Source: an uncultured delta proteobacterium (GTDB lineage Bacteria; Myxococcota_A; Polyangia; Fen-1088). From it: a DNA stretch of 64,000 bases. Positions 1 through 10,329 of this stretch are shown here, one piece after another. Location of the stretch: the NCBI GenBank assembly GCA_963796685.1, contig CAWCMR010000025.1:992001-1056000 (forward strand), written 5' to 3'. The notes under the pieces are model-generated. The model did not search any database. It was not told where the DNA came from and saw nothing but the letters and a program-made list of their open reading frames with translations. Numbering within the stretch: position 1 is the stretch's first letter; every line of letters begins with the position of its first letter. The position numbers and the translations under genes were made by a program.

Positions 1-320
1 TAGAAAATGGCATCTGGCGCAAAGTCCCTATCGGTCACGCCGCGCCAAGGGAGTGCGTTGTCATCGAGCACGACGCCATGGTCTGTCCAGGTCACGAGAT
101 CGGCGCTGGAAAACACCTTCCAGTCCTTCATGACCCAGGTCGTGTTGCTGGGGGAAAAGTCGTGCGAGCCATAGATATACGCCCGACCGCCGAAAACTTT
201 CACCGACGGATCGGCGGAACCCTGATCGATAATCGGGTTTTGCGCCCGGGCGTCCATCGGCGTGACGAGGACGATTCCCAGCGTGGCGGTCACCAACCAC
301 TCTCTACGACTATCGTGCAT
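1..320 (-). CDS. Glycoside hydrolase family 43 (xylosidase/arabinofuranosidase-like), N-terminal part; runs off window start
   Basis: Not in ORF track. Manual translation from ATG 320: MHDSRREWLVTATLGIVLVTPMDARA-QNPIIDQGSADPSVKVFGGRAYIYGSHDF...MKDWKVFSSADLVTWTDHGVVL...FAPDAIF. Signal peptide plus the GH43 NPI/ADP/SHD/SSxDL-W-DHG/APD pattern. Confidence 0.88.
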   Translation of the reverse strand, partial: MHDSRREWLVTATLGIVLVTPMDARAQNPIIDQGSADPSVKVFGGRAYIYGSHDFSPSNTTWVMKDWKVFSSADLVTWTDHGVVLDDNALPWRGVTDRDFAPDAIF

Positions 321-421
321 CGATCAGGACACAAATTGCATTTTGTACGACATGCGCATTTTCCTTGACTGCGAATTGAACGGCAACAAGGAAATCGAGG
401 AGACTTCCCGAGGAAGCAAGA

Positions 422-808
422 CTACAGGTAGCGACCGGTGATTCTTAGACCAGGCACTCGCTCGAAGTGCTCCGTGTTGCGGGTCAGGAGCACACCGCCG
501 TTGGCCAAACAGACGCCGGCGATGAGGTAGTCCGCCGTCCCGATGCCCTGTCCTTCCCTTTCGAGCGCACGCCGCGCTTCTGCCGCCCGTTCGCTCGCCG
601 CCGCGGAAACAGCGAGCACCGTTAGTGCCGCGAGCAGGCGCGATACCTTCTCCTGCTCCGCAGCGCCCTTCGCGCCGCTCAGCAGCTCGAAACTGTTGAT
701 GGCAGTCGTGGCCAGGTGACCGGTTTCGATCTCCAGCCTGATTCGCCCAGCCCAGGGTGCGTGGCCACGCAGATAGTCGATGAGGACATCAGAATCGGCA
801 ACCATCAT
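422..808 (-). CDS. vapC: VapC-family PIN-domain toxin
   Basis: VADSDVLID...E...DYLIAG...LLTRNTEHFERVPGL PIN signature; ATG 808 overlaps the antitoxin stop (ATGA). Confidence 0.92.
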   Translation of the reverse strand: MMVADSDVLIDYLRGHAPWAGRIRLEIETGHLATTAINSFELLSGAKGAAEQEKVSRLLAALTVLAVSAAASERAAEARRALEREGQGIGTADYLIAGVCLANGGVLLTRNTEHFERVPGLRITGRYL

Positions 809-1044
809 CGCCAAGTGCTCCGGATGCGCACCACCGACGCGAGCAACTCGTCCGCCTCCTTGGCCCCCATGGACCCCTCAAGCGCGAGCGCCGCCTTCGT
901 GCGAACCTCCCGCGAATCGTCCTCGGCCAACAACCGGTCAACGGCCTCCTGAACCAAACGAGAAAACCCCTTCTCTCCGCGCCGGGCGGCGAGCTCGAGC
1001 AAACGCGCCCGCTGCACATCGGGGATTTCTACCGTCGTTCTCAT
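805..1044 (-). CDS. vapB: VapB-type antitoxin (RHH-like N-terminus)
   Basis: MRTTVEIPD...LVQEAVD; small gene translationally coupled upstream of the PIN toxin. Confidence 0.8.
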   Translation of the reverse strand: MRTTVEIPDVQRARLLELAARRGEKGFSRLVQEAVDRLLAEDDSREVRTKAALALEGSMGAKEADELLASVVRIRSTWR

Positions 1045-1305
1045 GCTCTTGAGCATTCCATACATGCATGTGCATGTCTATAGAAAACAGCAATACTTAC
1101 AGCATATTATGTCAATGTAGCGCCGATTCCTGGAGCGACAGGTCAATACCAAGTGCTGTACCGCCTGCGAACCGCGACCTCTCGACGGCGGCACGGGTTG
1201 CGCGCCGTCGGTATGCACCTCGGTGGCCCCCTCGAGCGCTAGGACCGGCGTCTGTCCGCAAACCGGCGAGCGCGGCAAGGCATCGAATTGCGGGGGCTGC
1301 GATTC

Positions 1306-4227
1306 CTATCGGCTTCCGCCGTCCAGGCTGACGCTGCCGCCCGCGCCGCCGCCCTCCGGCGCGCTTCCGCCGGCCCCGCCGCTCGAGGCCACGATGGCGG
1401 AATGGCAGTTGATGTCGCAGATCTGGCCCGCCAGCCCGTTGGCCGCGCCCAGGTCACAGGTCTCGCCGAGCGATGGGTCCACGAAACCATCCCCGCAGAA
1501 GTGCGGTTTCAGGCAGCCGAGGGTGCATCCGTCGGTTCCCAGGATGGTGTCGCCGTTGAGCTTGCCAAGGTCGCACTGTTCGCTTGGGTCTTTGCGGCCG
1601 TCGCCGCAGTAAGGCCCAAAAGTGCATAGGGTGTTGCAGCCGCCGTAGGTGGCATCGTTGTTGGGACCAAGACACCCGGCCGGAAGCGGCCCCGTTCCGT
1701 CGCCGCAGTCGCATTGCTCGTTCACGGCGACGAGACCATCGCCGCAGCGAGGTCGGCAGTCGGATCGCTTGGCGATCGGCCCGGTGAGCGTGATCTGGAG
1801 GTCCGACACCGGCGGATGCCGGTTGGCGCCGAAGATGGCAAGCTCATAGACCTTACCCGTGGTAAGGCCGAGCGGAACGGTGCGCACCCGGAAATCGTCA
1901 GGCGTCGCGGCACCTGGGCTCGTCGTACTGGCAGGCGCGCATGCCTTCGACCCCACGGTGGTGCCCGAGATGTTTCCAGCCGTATCGAGACAGCCGCCTT
2001 CGGTGACCTGGGCATCGCCTGGGTTGCCGCTGACCGTGACTTTGCCGGGCAACAAGGTGTGGGTGCCGCCCAAGTCGAGGACCAGGATTCCGTTGATGAA
2101 AACAAAGAGATCGTCGCCGCCGAGAACACCGAGGCTCATGCCGGCGGCCCCGTCGTACACGAAGTTGTGGCGGGCTTCCTCGGTAAAATAGAAGTCGTGC
2201 TTGATACCAGGCACCGCCGTGACCCAACAGCCGTCGGCCACTGCATCCCCGGCAACACAGTCGGACTGGGTCACGCGGGGCGAATAGAGATATTGATCTC
2301 CCGTGCAAGTGCTCCAGATCGGATTTCCATCGTAGCGATTCCAGTAGGGGGTCAAATTGCACAGCGTGGCCTGGCTGGCATCGAGCGTGTCGAGGGGAAA
2401 GAAACCGCCGGCGGCGAGGTGAGACTTGCTGGCATATTGGTAAAGGTTGGTGCCGATCGCGGGCAATTCGAGAGCGGCGGGGAAGGTCTTGTTGACCGTG
2501 CTGTCGTCATTGAACCATTGGTCGAAGCTGGCGGCGTTCTTGTACGCGGGCACGGTTCCATTCCAGAGCGGAATGGAAGGGCTGCCGGCGGACAGAATGG
2601 CATCGCTCCTGAAGCCGCCATTGCCATCAGACAAAGGGCTGTCATTGGCGGCCTCGGTGTAGCCACCTTGAATGCGGCTGGAATTGCCGATGTTCCAGTC
2701 GCTGAGCTGGCACGCGCAGGTCATCGTCGAGCCGGGTTGCGGTTTGCCATTCGAGAGGGTCGGTCCCACGATACCCCAGCAGCGCGCGGTCGAATCGCCG
2801 CCCTTGGCCGGCCCGCCGGATTCGGGAACACACCAAGTCGTGGGGGCCCTGGCGCCACCTGCCCTGGTGCCGAGAAAGAAGAAATCCGGGTGTCCGCCCG
2901 ATGCCGCATTTTCGGGCTGGAAGTCTCGGTAGATGACGGGCAACTCGAGACATTGGCCCGAACCCGATTGGCACGTCGAGAAAACCAGTGAGGTTGTCAC
3001 CGAACAGGTGAAGCCATCCTCCACCTTACACGTCGACGAACAGCCATCGCCGTCCACCAAGTTCCCGTCGTCGCAGTCTTCCCCTGGATCCAGATTGTCG
3101 TCGCCACAGGCCGTGGTGCAAGCCTGGGTCTTGCCGCTGCCATCCTTGCACACCGGCTCCTGCGTGCAGGTCCTGGAGCAGCCTTTGCCATCGCCGTAGA
3201 ACAAGCCATTGATGGATTTGCAGCCACTCGGAAGGTTCATCGGGTCGAGCCCACAGTCACACTGTTCACCGGTTTCGAGCTTGCCATTGCCGCAGAGTGA
3301 CATGGTGCAGTCCTTGCCCGGCGTGAGGCATTGGTCCCCGGGCTCCACATGGCAGGTGCTGGAACACCCATCTCCGCTGGTCGAGTTGCCATCGTCGCAG
3401 GCTTCCGAGCCGATCACCTTGCCATCCCCACAAAGCGGCGAGCAGCTTCTCCCCGGCACGCGACACTCATAGCCGGCTTCAATGGCCTGGCAACCGGCGG
3501 AGCAGCCGTCGCCAGAGACGGTGTTGCCGTCATCGCAAGTCTCCGGCCAGACCAACACGCCATCACCACACCCGAGGAGGTGGAGGCACCTTTCTCCAAG
3601 CACCGGACATGCCCATCCGTCCTCGACCTGACAGCTCGAAGTGCAACCGTCGCCCGAAACCCTGTTGGCATCGTCACATGCTTCGCCTGGATCGAGCCGC
3701 CCGTTTCCACACAACGCCGGGTCCAGCTTGGCGTCGAACCTGGGGCCAGCATCGGCCTGCGTCGTTCCGCCGCCTGCACCGTCGGCCTTGACGCCGCCCG
3801 AGCCACCCGTGCCGGTCGCAGCCCCGTCCATACGTGTGCCGCCCGAGCCAAGTCCGCCCACATCGGGGTTTCCATCGACCCTAGCATCGAGATGACTTCC
3901 GCCTGCTCCCCCGTTACCGGCGGTGTTTGTTCCGGCGGCTCCAGCGTCGCCGCTGCCGCCAGCACCTCCCGCACCGCCAGACCCGGTCGTGGCCGCGGGA
4001 GAGCCGCCTGTGCCCCCTGTGGCGGAGCCGGCGCTGCCAAGGTCAGCCCGTCCGTCCGTGGAAGATCCCCCGGTCGTCCCGGAGTCGCTCATGGTGGGCC
4101 CATGTGGGAGGCCTTTGCTGGACGAGCAAGCCACCCCGGCCAAGACGACAAAGCCGGCAAGGACGAGTGTGGCGAGCCTGGGCAGACGATGGCGCAGGCT
4201 GCGTGCGCGGTGGTCGAGTGAGAGCAT
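1306..4227 (-). CDS. Lipoprotein with myxobacterial Cys-rich repeats (DUF4215-like) and fibro-slime domain
   Basis: Lipobox LAGVAC; Gly-rich linker; repeated CG(N/D)G...E.CDDGN..GDGCSS.C; YRDF...HPDF and HDFYFTEE...DDLFVFING..DLGG.H fibro-slime motifs. Start uncertain (4227 chosen). Confidence 0.85.
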   Translation of the reverse strand: MLSLDHRARSLRHRLPRLATLVLAGFVVLAGVACSSSKGLPHGPTMSDSGTTGGSSTDGRADLGSAGSATGGTGGSPAATTGSGGAGGAGGSGDAGAAGTNTAGNGGAGGSHLDARVDGNPDVGGLGSGGTRMDGAATGTGGSGGVKADGAGGGTTQADAGPRFDAKLDPALCGNGRLDPGEACDDANRVSGDGCTSSCQVEDGWACPVLGERCLHLLGCGDGVLVWPETCDDGNTVSGDGCSAGCQAIEAGYECRVPGRSCSPLCGDGKVIGSEACDDGNSTSGDGCSSTCHVEPGDQCLTPGKDCTMSLCGNGKLETGEQCDCGLDPMNLPSGCKSINGLFYGDGKGCSRTCTQEPVCKDGSGKTQACTTACGDDNLDPGEDCDDGNLVDGDGCSSTCKVEDGFTCSVTTSLVFSTCQSGSGQCLELPVIYRDFQPENAASGGHPDFFFLGTRAGGARAPTTWCVPESGGPAKGGDSTARCWGIVGPTLSNGKPQPGSTMTCACQLSDWNIGNSSRIQGGYTEAANDSPLSDGNGGFRSDAILSAGSPSIPLWNGTVPAYKNAASFDQWFNDDSTVNKTFPAALELPAIGTNLYQYASKSHLAAGGFFPLDTLDASQATLCNLTPYWNRYDGNPIWSTCTGDQYLYSPRVTQSDCVAGDAVADGCWVTAVPGIKHDFYFTEEARHNFVYDGAAGMSLGVLGGDDLFVFINGILVLDLGGTHTLLPGKVTVSGNPGDAQVTEGGCLDTAGNISGTTVGSKACAPASTTSPGAATPDDFRVRTVPLGLTTGKVYELAIFGANRHPPVSDLQITLTGPIAKRSDCRPRCGDGLVAVNEQCDCGDGTGPLPAGCLGPNNDATYGGCNTLCTFGPYCGDGRKDPSEQCDLGKLNGDTILGTDGCTLGCLKPHFCGDGFVDPSLGETCDLGAANGLAGQICDINCHSAIVASSGGAGGSAPEGGGAGGSVSLDGGSR

Positions 4228-4374
4228 CAGGGCGGTAGCGATGGACTGGGCGCACATTGTCGTATTGGACCCGCAATCGGGCCCAATCGCAATGGTTTCT
4301 AGGCTGTGCGCTCGATCGCAGCGCGGGCTCGACTTCGTCGCGATCGTGGCGGACAATGGAAGGCGGGTGAAAGG

Positions 4375-4833
4375 ATGAACGTCATGACCAGACGTGGGGT
4401 TGCGTTTGCCATGTTGCTCGGGCTGTTCTTGCCGTCATCGGCGTGGGCCGTTTTCCAGGGTGGCGCGTGTCGGACTGGCGCCCACCCTCACAAGCACAGC
4501 GCGGGCATCACGCTGCTGTGCTGGGGTTCCCAAGACCCGCGGCAAGACTGCGGCGAGGATCCCTGGCAGCTCGATTCCCGGGTTTCGTCCAGCGACGCAT
4601 TCTCGGATCCCTGGCAGGACAGCGCGGATCCTTGGCAGCCCTTTGCGGCTGCACCCAGTGCCAGACCACCGGCCCGAGCGCGGCCAGCCAGCGCTCCAGA
4701 CCCGTGGCAGACGATGCAGGTGCGGGTGGTGAGGACATCCAGGGTTGCCGCTGTCCGCGATTCCGGCGAGGATCCCTGGCAGCCGGTATTCGCGGATCCT
4801 TGGCAGGACAGCCTCGAAGAGCCCCGGCCGTAG
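4375..4833 (+). CDS. Secreted hypothetical protein with DPWQ repeats
   Basis: ATG 4375 after AAGG; signal peptide ending SAWA; six DPWQ plus one DPRQ. Confidence 0.7.
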   Translation: MNVMTRRGVAFAMLLGLFLPSSAWAVFQGGACRTGAHPHKHSAGITLLCWGSQDPRQDCGEDPWQLDSRVSSSDAFSDPWQDSADPWQPFAAAPSARPPARARPASAPDPWQTMQVRVVRTSRVAAVRDSGEDPWQPVFADPWQDSLEEPRP

Positions 4834-4955
4834 CAACAGTCTACACGCTGCATCCGACCATGGCGTCGCCGTGGGCACGCCCGAAGGAGCGGCCCGTCGT
4901 AAATCTCCGCGCTATGGGACCTTGTTCGAAGCCATAGACAGCGTAGCTTTTCACG

Positions 4956-7391
4956 ATGCGCCCTCCGCCGCGGGCCGCCCGCACCTGCGCGTTCCTCTTT
5001 CGCCACGCGAGCGGGATAGTCATCGCCAGCCTCGTGCTCGGGCTCGTCGCGTCGGCGTTCGCGTCGCGCCTCGAGCTCAAGACCGACTTCGCCGAGCTTC
5101 TGCCCAGCAACGACCCGGGGGTGATCGCGCTCGAGAAGACCCAGCGGCGAATGGGAGACATCGCGCTGCTGTTCATCGGTGTCCATTCGCAGGATGCCAA
5201 GGCGAATCTGCGCTACGCGCGCATGCTGACCGATGCCCTGCGGCGCCTTCCCGCGGACCTCGTGTCGTTGGCCACGGACAATGTACGGGACATCGAGGGT
5301 TTCTTCAGCAAACACAAGTGGCTCTACGCCGGGATGGGCGACCTCGAGACCTTGCGCGACCGCTTGCGCAAGGAAGTCGCACGGCATGAGAACCCCTTCT
5401 TGCTCGACCTCTCCCAGGCGCCCGAGGAATCGCTCGAAGCCTTGCGCAAACACCTGACGGAAGGGCACGATCCCGTGGACCAGCGGTTCCCGAACGGTGT
5501 CCTGGGCAGCACAGACGGACACTACGTCTGGGTGGCGGCCCTATCGCCGGCGGGAGTTTTCGCCGAGCATGGGGGTGAGCGTCTGTACGCCGCCGCCCAA
5601 CACCTGATCGAAGATCATCCCCCCCGTGACTACGACCCGGCCATGACGGCCTACGTGGGTGGCCCGCTGGCAACCGCCATCGCGAGCCGCCGGGCTATCG
5701 AGCACGACATCGTCTGGGTGGCGGTCGTGTGCCTGGTAATCGTCGGACTCTCCGTCTGGGCCTTCTTCGGCAGGCTCCGCGCGCTGCCGCTGATTGCGAC
5801 CCCGGCGGTCATCGGCACGGTGATGGCGTTTGCCGTGGCCGACCTGGTCTTCGGCTACCTGAGCTCCTCCACGGCCTTTCTCGGCAGCATCATTCTCGGC
5901 AACGGGATCAACCACGCCATCATCTTGATGGCGCGCTACCAGGAGCGACTGGCCGCAGGCGACACCCCCTCGACGGCGATGGAAGAGGCCATCGCCGGCA
6001 CCGCCCGCGGAACCGGCGTGGCCGCGATTTGTGCCTCGGCGGCCTATGGCACGCTGATGGTGACCACCTTCCGGGGCTTCTACCAGTTCGGCGTGATGGC
6101 CGCCGTCGGAGTGCTGTTTTGCTGGCTCCTCACCTTCACCCTCCTGCCGGCCCTCTTCTTCCTCATGGACCGCGGCAGGACCGGGAAATCGCGAGCATCC
6201 GTGCGCCCGCCGCTCCGGTTATCGTTTCTCGGCCGCTGGCTCGGCCGACACGCTGGCGCCGGCGCGAGCGGGGCGGCGCTGCTCACCGTGCTTGCCGTCG
6301 TGGGCACGCTCCACTTCGCCCACGCTCCCTTCGAGTACGACTTCCGCAAGCTCAATGCAAACCTGCAAAGCACCGCGAGTGCGCAGGCGTTCAACCGAAG
6401 CATGGAAGACCTCTTCGACCGCTGGCCCTCCCCCATCTTCGTGCTGGCCGACCGCCGCGACGAAGTCGAAGACATCCGTGACGCCATCTGGAGGCAAGAT
6501 CGGACCGAGCATGTCATCGGTCGCGTCGTCACCATCAACGACGTGCTGCCGGGCACCCCTGCCGAGCAGGCGCACAAGCTCGTCCTGCTACGCGAGATCC
6601 GCCATTTGACCCATCTCTCGGTGGTGAAGGCGCTGGGCGGCCATGAGCGCGACGCAATCGCCCAGATCGACATTCCCGAGCACCTGCGCGTGCTCACGCC
6701 CGAGGACTTGCCACCGTTGGCGCGACGCCCCTTCACCGAAGTGAACGGAGCCATCGGCCGCGTCGTGCTCGTGTACCCCACGACCAAGAACCTCTCGGTC
6801 TGGAACGGACGCGATCTCCTTCGCATCGCCGCCGTCCTTGAATATCTGCACCTCCCTAGCGAGCACGGGACCATCGTGACCTCGGGCGGAGCGGTGGTCT
6901 TCGCGGCAATGATTCGCTCGATTCTGCACGATGGTCCACGGGCCACGGGAGCATCCCTCGCCGCCGTCCTGTTGCTTTCCGTTCTGCTCATGCGACCGCG
7001 CGCTGCCGCGCTGTCCGCCATCGGCACGCTCATCCTGGGCGTGCTGTGGATGGTGGGCATCGCCGGCCTGATCGGGGTGAAGATCACCTTCATCAACTTC
7101 ATCGCCCTGCCCATCACCTTCGGGATCGGCGCCGAGTACGGGCTCAACCTCGCGCAACGCTACCGGTGGTCGGACGACATGGCGCAGGCCATCGGAGCGA
7201 CCGGAGCCGCGGTCGCGCTGTGCTCGTGGACCACCATCGTCGGCTACGCGTCCCTGCTGGCGGCGAGCAACCGGGCCTTGCGCGGCTTCGGGATGATGGC
7301 CGTCCTGGGCGAGATCTGCTGTCTCGCCGCCGCTCTGCTCGCCTGGCCCGCAGTCATCCTCTACTGGAAACGAAAGCGCAGGCCACCGTAG
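4956..7391 (+). CDS. MMPL/RND-family transporter
   Basis: 811 aa with two TM bundles separated by large loops; GNGINHAI and GIGAEYGL RND-type motifs. Confidence 0.88.
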   Translation: MRPPPRAARTCAFLFRHASGIVIASLVLGLVASAFASRLELKTDFAELLPSNDPGVIALEKTQRRMGDIALLFIGVHSQDAKANLRYARMLTDALRRLPADLVSLATDNVRDIEGFFSKHKWLYAGMGDLETLRDRLRKEVARHENPFLLDLSQAPEESLEALRKHLTEGHDPVDQRFPNGVLGSTDGHYVWVAALSPAGVFAEHGGERLYAAAQHLIEDHPPRDYDPAMTAYVGGPLATAIASRRAIEHDIVWVAVVCLVIVGLSVWAFFGRLRALPLIATPAVIGTVMAFAVADLVFGYLSSSTAFLGSIILGNGINHAIILMARYQERLAAGDTPSTAMEEAIAGTARGTGVAAICASAAYGTLMVTTFRGFYQFGVMAAVGVLFCWLLTFTLLPALFFLMDRGRTGKSRASVRPPLRLSFLGRWLGRHAGAGASGAALLTVLAVVGTLHFAHAPFEYDFRKLNANLQSTASAQAFNRSMEDLFDRWPSPIFVLADRRDEVEDIRDAIWRQDRTEHVIGRVVTINDVLPGTPAEQAHKLVLLREIRHLTHLSVVKALGGHERDAIAQIDIPEHLRVLTPEDLPPLARRPFTEVNGAIGRVVLVYPTTKNLSVWNGRDLLRIAAVLEYLHLPSEHGTIVTSGGAVVFAAMIRSILHDGPRATGASLAAVLLLSVLLMRPRAAALSAIGTLILGVLWMVGIAGLIGVKITFINFIALPITFGIGAEYGLNLAQRYRWSDDMAQAIGATGAAVALCSWTTIVGYASLLAASNRALRGFGMMAVLGEICCLAAALLAWPAVILYWKRKRRPP

Positions 7392-7398
7392 GCGTACT

Positions 7399-7686
7399 TC
7401 ATTTAGGCCGACGCGGACGAGGTTCGGCTGTCTCGTCCCCTCCATTTTCGATGAGGGGCACGAAGCGAACGCCACCCAGAGAATCGTGCCGGAAATCGTC
7501 CTGCCCTTCTCGCGTCACCCGGATCAGCTCCTGGGAGGTTTCGTCAGGACCGACAGGGATGACCAGCCTCCCTCCCAGTCGGAGCTGGTCAAGAAGTGCC
7601 CGCGGGATCTGCCTCCCGCCGGCCGCAACCGCGATGGCGTCGTAGGGCGCATGCTCCCCCCAGCCGAGCGTTCCGTCGGACCAGCC
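7399..7686 (-). pseudogene. pcm: C-terminal remnant of protein-L-isoaspartate O-methyltransferase
   Basis: Manual translation: SDGTLGWGEHAPYDAIAVAAGGRQIPRALLDQLRLGGRLVIPVG...QELIRVTR...LGGVRFVPLI. In-frame TAG immediately upstream and no start codon; N-terminal half absent. Confidence 0.8.
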
Positions 7687-7724
7687 CTATGGGGCGGGCG
7701 CCCATGTCATCGGACGGGTCGGCC

Positions 7725-8567
7725 TCAACAGTTGCCTTGCCGACGGGAGAGGTTGCTCGCGACTTCCTGCCAGAGCTCGTCCTCGGCGCTATCCATCTCG
7801 ATGGGGGAGTCTTCCAGGTCGCCAGCGCGAAACAGACCGTCCTGCGCCAGGAGCGACTTGGCCGCGGCGATCACGCGGCCGCGCACCCCGGGCAGAAGCG
7901 GCAGCAGCGCTTCCTGACAAAAGATCGCATCCAGCGGCCCGGTCATCGGGAATGGCGGCTGGGCGATATTGAGACGGCGGAACACCACGCGCGACCTCAC
8001 CTCCTTACGAATCGCCGAGCCCTCGCTTGTCTCGGTGAAGAAGCGCGCGAGCAGGTCCTCGGACACACTCGATAGTTGAGCCTCGTCGAACACGCCCTTC
8101 CTGCCTCTGTCCAGGGAGCGCGGGGAAGAATCGCTGGCCAGCACCTTCCAGTCCACCAGCGCGTGTGACAGTCGTGCATCCTCGATGGCTTGGAGGATCG
8201 TGAGGGCCATGGCGTACGGCTCCTCGCCCGAACCGCAGCCCGCGGACCACAATCGAAATCGCCGACGGCCAGCCGCCAGCCAGAGGCCAAGCCGTGCGCG
8301 AAGAAGGGCGAAATCGGCCTGATGTGCAAAAAGACGCGCTGGCCTAGGACGCATGACCTCGAGGAAGTCGGCGATCTCCTCGCAGCTTTGGTCTTCCTCC
8401 AGGCGACTCAGGTAGGCCTCCAACGGTAGTTGGAGAACCTTGAGTCGTTTGGCGACCCTACCCGCGACCAATGCCTGCACTCTGGCATCCATGCCGACCC
8501 CAAGACGACGAGTCGCGATGTGGCAGAAATGCCGCACGACTTCTACGGGAACAGCTTCATCGAGCAT
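7725..8567 (-). CDS. cheR: CheR-family methyltransferase, orphan and degenerate
   Basis: RLWSAGCGSGEEPYAMA, VLASD, VVFRRLN motifs; start probably ATG 8567. Confidence 0.8.
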   Translation of the reverse strand: MLDEAVPVEVVRHFCHIATRRLGVGMDARVQALVAGRVAKRLKVLQLPLEAYLSRLEEDQSCEEIADFLEVMRPRPARLFAHQADFALLRARLGLWLAAGRRRFRLWSAGCGSGEEPYAMALTILQAIEDARLSHALVDWKVLASDSSPRSLDRGRKGVFDEAQLSSVSEDLLARFFTETSEGSAIRKEVRSRVVFRRLNIAQPPFPMTGPLDAIFCQEALLPLLPGVRGRVIAAAKSLLAQDGLFRAGDLEDSPIEMDSAEDELWQEVASNLSRRQGNC

Positions 8568-8834
8568 CAACAACCTCGGGAAAAGGGTACGGGTCTCTTC
8601 TCCCCCACGCGATGACATCTGACAAGGGCGGATTGCATTTGCCCATCGCAAGCATGACCTTCGGCTGGGGGCCGTGGTCGCGGGTCGCCCTGAACAAGGT
8701 CGACCAAGACGAGCCGGCAGTGCCCAAGCGCGCAAAGGTGACTTGCGCGCAATATCGAAAGACGTGAAGAAATAGCATCGGGGACTCCCGGTCGTTACCG
8801 GACTGTTGCACAATAGGGGTAAGGGAGCTCCGCA

Positions 8835-10181
8835 ATGAAGCCATGCCAGTCCGCACGTCCGCGCAGCACGCCCTCTTGTTTGGAGAAGGGGTGTCGGGCA
8901 TTTCTGCTGTTTGCGCCGGTCCTGCTTCTGGGCGCGTGCTCAGTCGACCTTGGCAGGCTACGGACACCTGCGTCGCCGTCGCCTGACGGAGCCGCAGATA
9001 TCCCCGTCGTGCCCGATGGTGCTCGGCCCGGTGGGGACACGGACGCTGCGGGGGTAGGGCCAGGCGTGGATGGCACGTCGACTTCTCCCGACTCGCGCAC
9101 ACCGAACGAGGTCTTGCCGCCCGACGGCGAAGCTTCCAAGCCGGACGTCCCGATGGCTGCCGAGGACGCGCGCAACGACGCAAGCCAGGTTCCTGGCGAC
9201 ACCGGCGGTCGCGACGATGTCCTTGGCGATGGCGCCGGGAGCGGCGGCGCGGGCGGCGGCGGTGGAACGGGGGGTGTGGATGCAGACGGCGCCGGCGGCA
9301 GCGGCGGGGCTGGCGGTGCGGATGCGGATGGAAATGGCGGGGCTGGCGGTGCGGATGCGGATGGAAATGGCGGGGCTGGCGGTGCAGACATGGGCAACGG
9401 CGGATCCGCGGGAACCGACGCCGAGGTCGATTTACCCTTCGGCGCCGACGGTACCGGCGGTGCGGATCCGGATCTGGTCCTTTGGTACAAGTTCGACGAG
9501 AGCTCGGGAACCGTGGCGTCGGATTCGTCCTCCCTGGGTGGCCACGACGGCACGGTGAGCACGGCCGGCACGAGCGGCAGCGCGACGTTCTCCACCGACT
9601 GCCAGGTGGGCACGCACGCGCTCAGCCTGGCACCGTCGACCTACTCGCCTTCCTCATCGGGCGGTTATGTGTCGCTGCCTGCTCCGGAGGCGTTGGCACC
9701 CGAGGCCGTCACCATCGCGATCTGGGTCAGGCTTGCGTCCGTCTCGTCCAGCCAGAACTGGGCGCGCATCTACGACTTCGGTAGTGGCACCACCGCGAAG
9801 ACATTCTTCTACTTGACCTCACGGGCCAGCGACTCTCCCAACACACCCGTGCGCTTCGGCATCTCCAACACGGGACACACCTCCGCCGCCGAGGAGCGAC
9901 TCGAAGGCTCGACCACCCTCAGCGCCAACGTGTGGCACCACATCGCAGTCGTGCTGCCTGCCGGCGCAGCCTACACGGGGACGCTCTACATCGACGGTCA
10001 TGCCGTGGACACCAACAACGCCATGACCCTGCACCTCTCGGACATCGAAACCACCACCCAGAACTGGCTCGGACGTTCGCCGTTCACGAGTGATCCCTAC
10101 CTGAACGGTTCGCTCGACGACTTCCGCATCTACAAACGAGCCTTGTCGGCGGCCGAGATCCTCGCCCTCGCATTACTCTAG
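8835..10181 (+). CDS. Lipoprotein with C-terminal LamG-like jellyroll domain
   Basis: Lipobox LLGAC; acidic Gly-rich linker; WYKFDE, TIAIWV, WARIYDFG, WHHIAV, LYIDG, GSLDDFRIY. Confidence 0.85.
   Translation: MKPCQSARPRSTPSCLEKGCRAFLLFAPVLLLGACSVDLGRLRTPASPSPDGAADIPVVPDGARPGGDTDAAGVGPGVDGTSTSPDSRTPNEVLPPDGEASKPDVPMAAEDARNDASQVPGDTGGRDDVLGDGAGSGGAGGGGGTGGVDADGAGGSGGAGGADADGNGGAGGADADGNGGAGGADMGNGGSAGTDAEVDLPFGADGTGGADPDLVLWYKFDESSGTVASDSSSLGGHDGTVSTAGTSGSATFSTDCQVGTHALSLAPSTYSPSSSGGYVSLPAPEALAPEAVTIAIWVRLASVSSSQNWARIYDFGSGTTAKTFFYLTSRASDSPNTPVRFGISNTGHTSAAEERLEGSTTLSANVWHHIAVVLPAGAAYTGTLYIDGHAVDTNNAMTLHLSDIETTTQNWLGRSPFTSDPYLNGSLDDFRIYKRALSAAEILALALL
9303..9385 (+). repeat. 33-bp tandem repeat (about 2.5 copies) encoding GGAGGADADGN
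   Basis: ggcggggctggcggtgcggatgcggatggaaat occurs twice exactly, plus a partial third copy. Confidence 0.8.
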
Positions 10182-10329
10182 TTGTCGCGGTGCTGCCGGA
10201 ACGGTGGGCGTTGACTTGGGGAACATTCCAAGACAACCTGAGTGTGGCGCGGCGGTGCGAAGAGAACATTCCACCTCCCAAACGCTGTACCCAGGACACT
10301 CCACGTAGCGACGAAGCGGAGGGCATGCA

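Noticed and set aside
422-1044. VapBC as marker of a prophage or defence island
   Set aside because: No integrase, phage or other defence genes nearby; an ordinary stand-alone TA pair.
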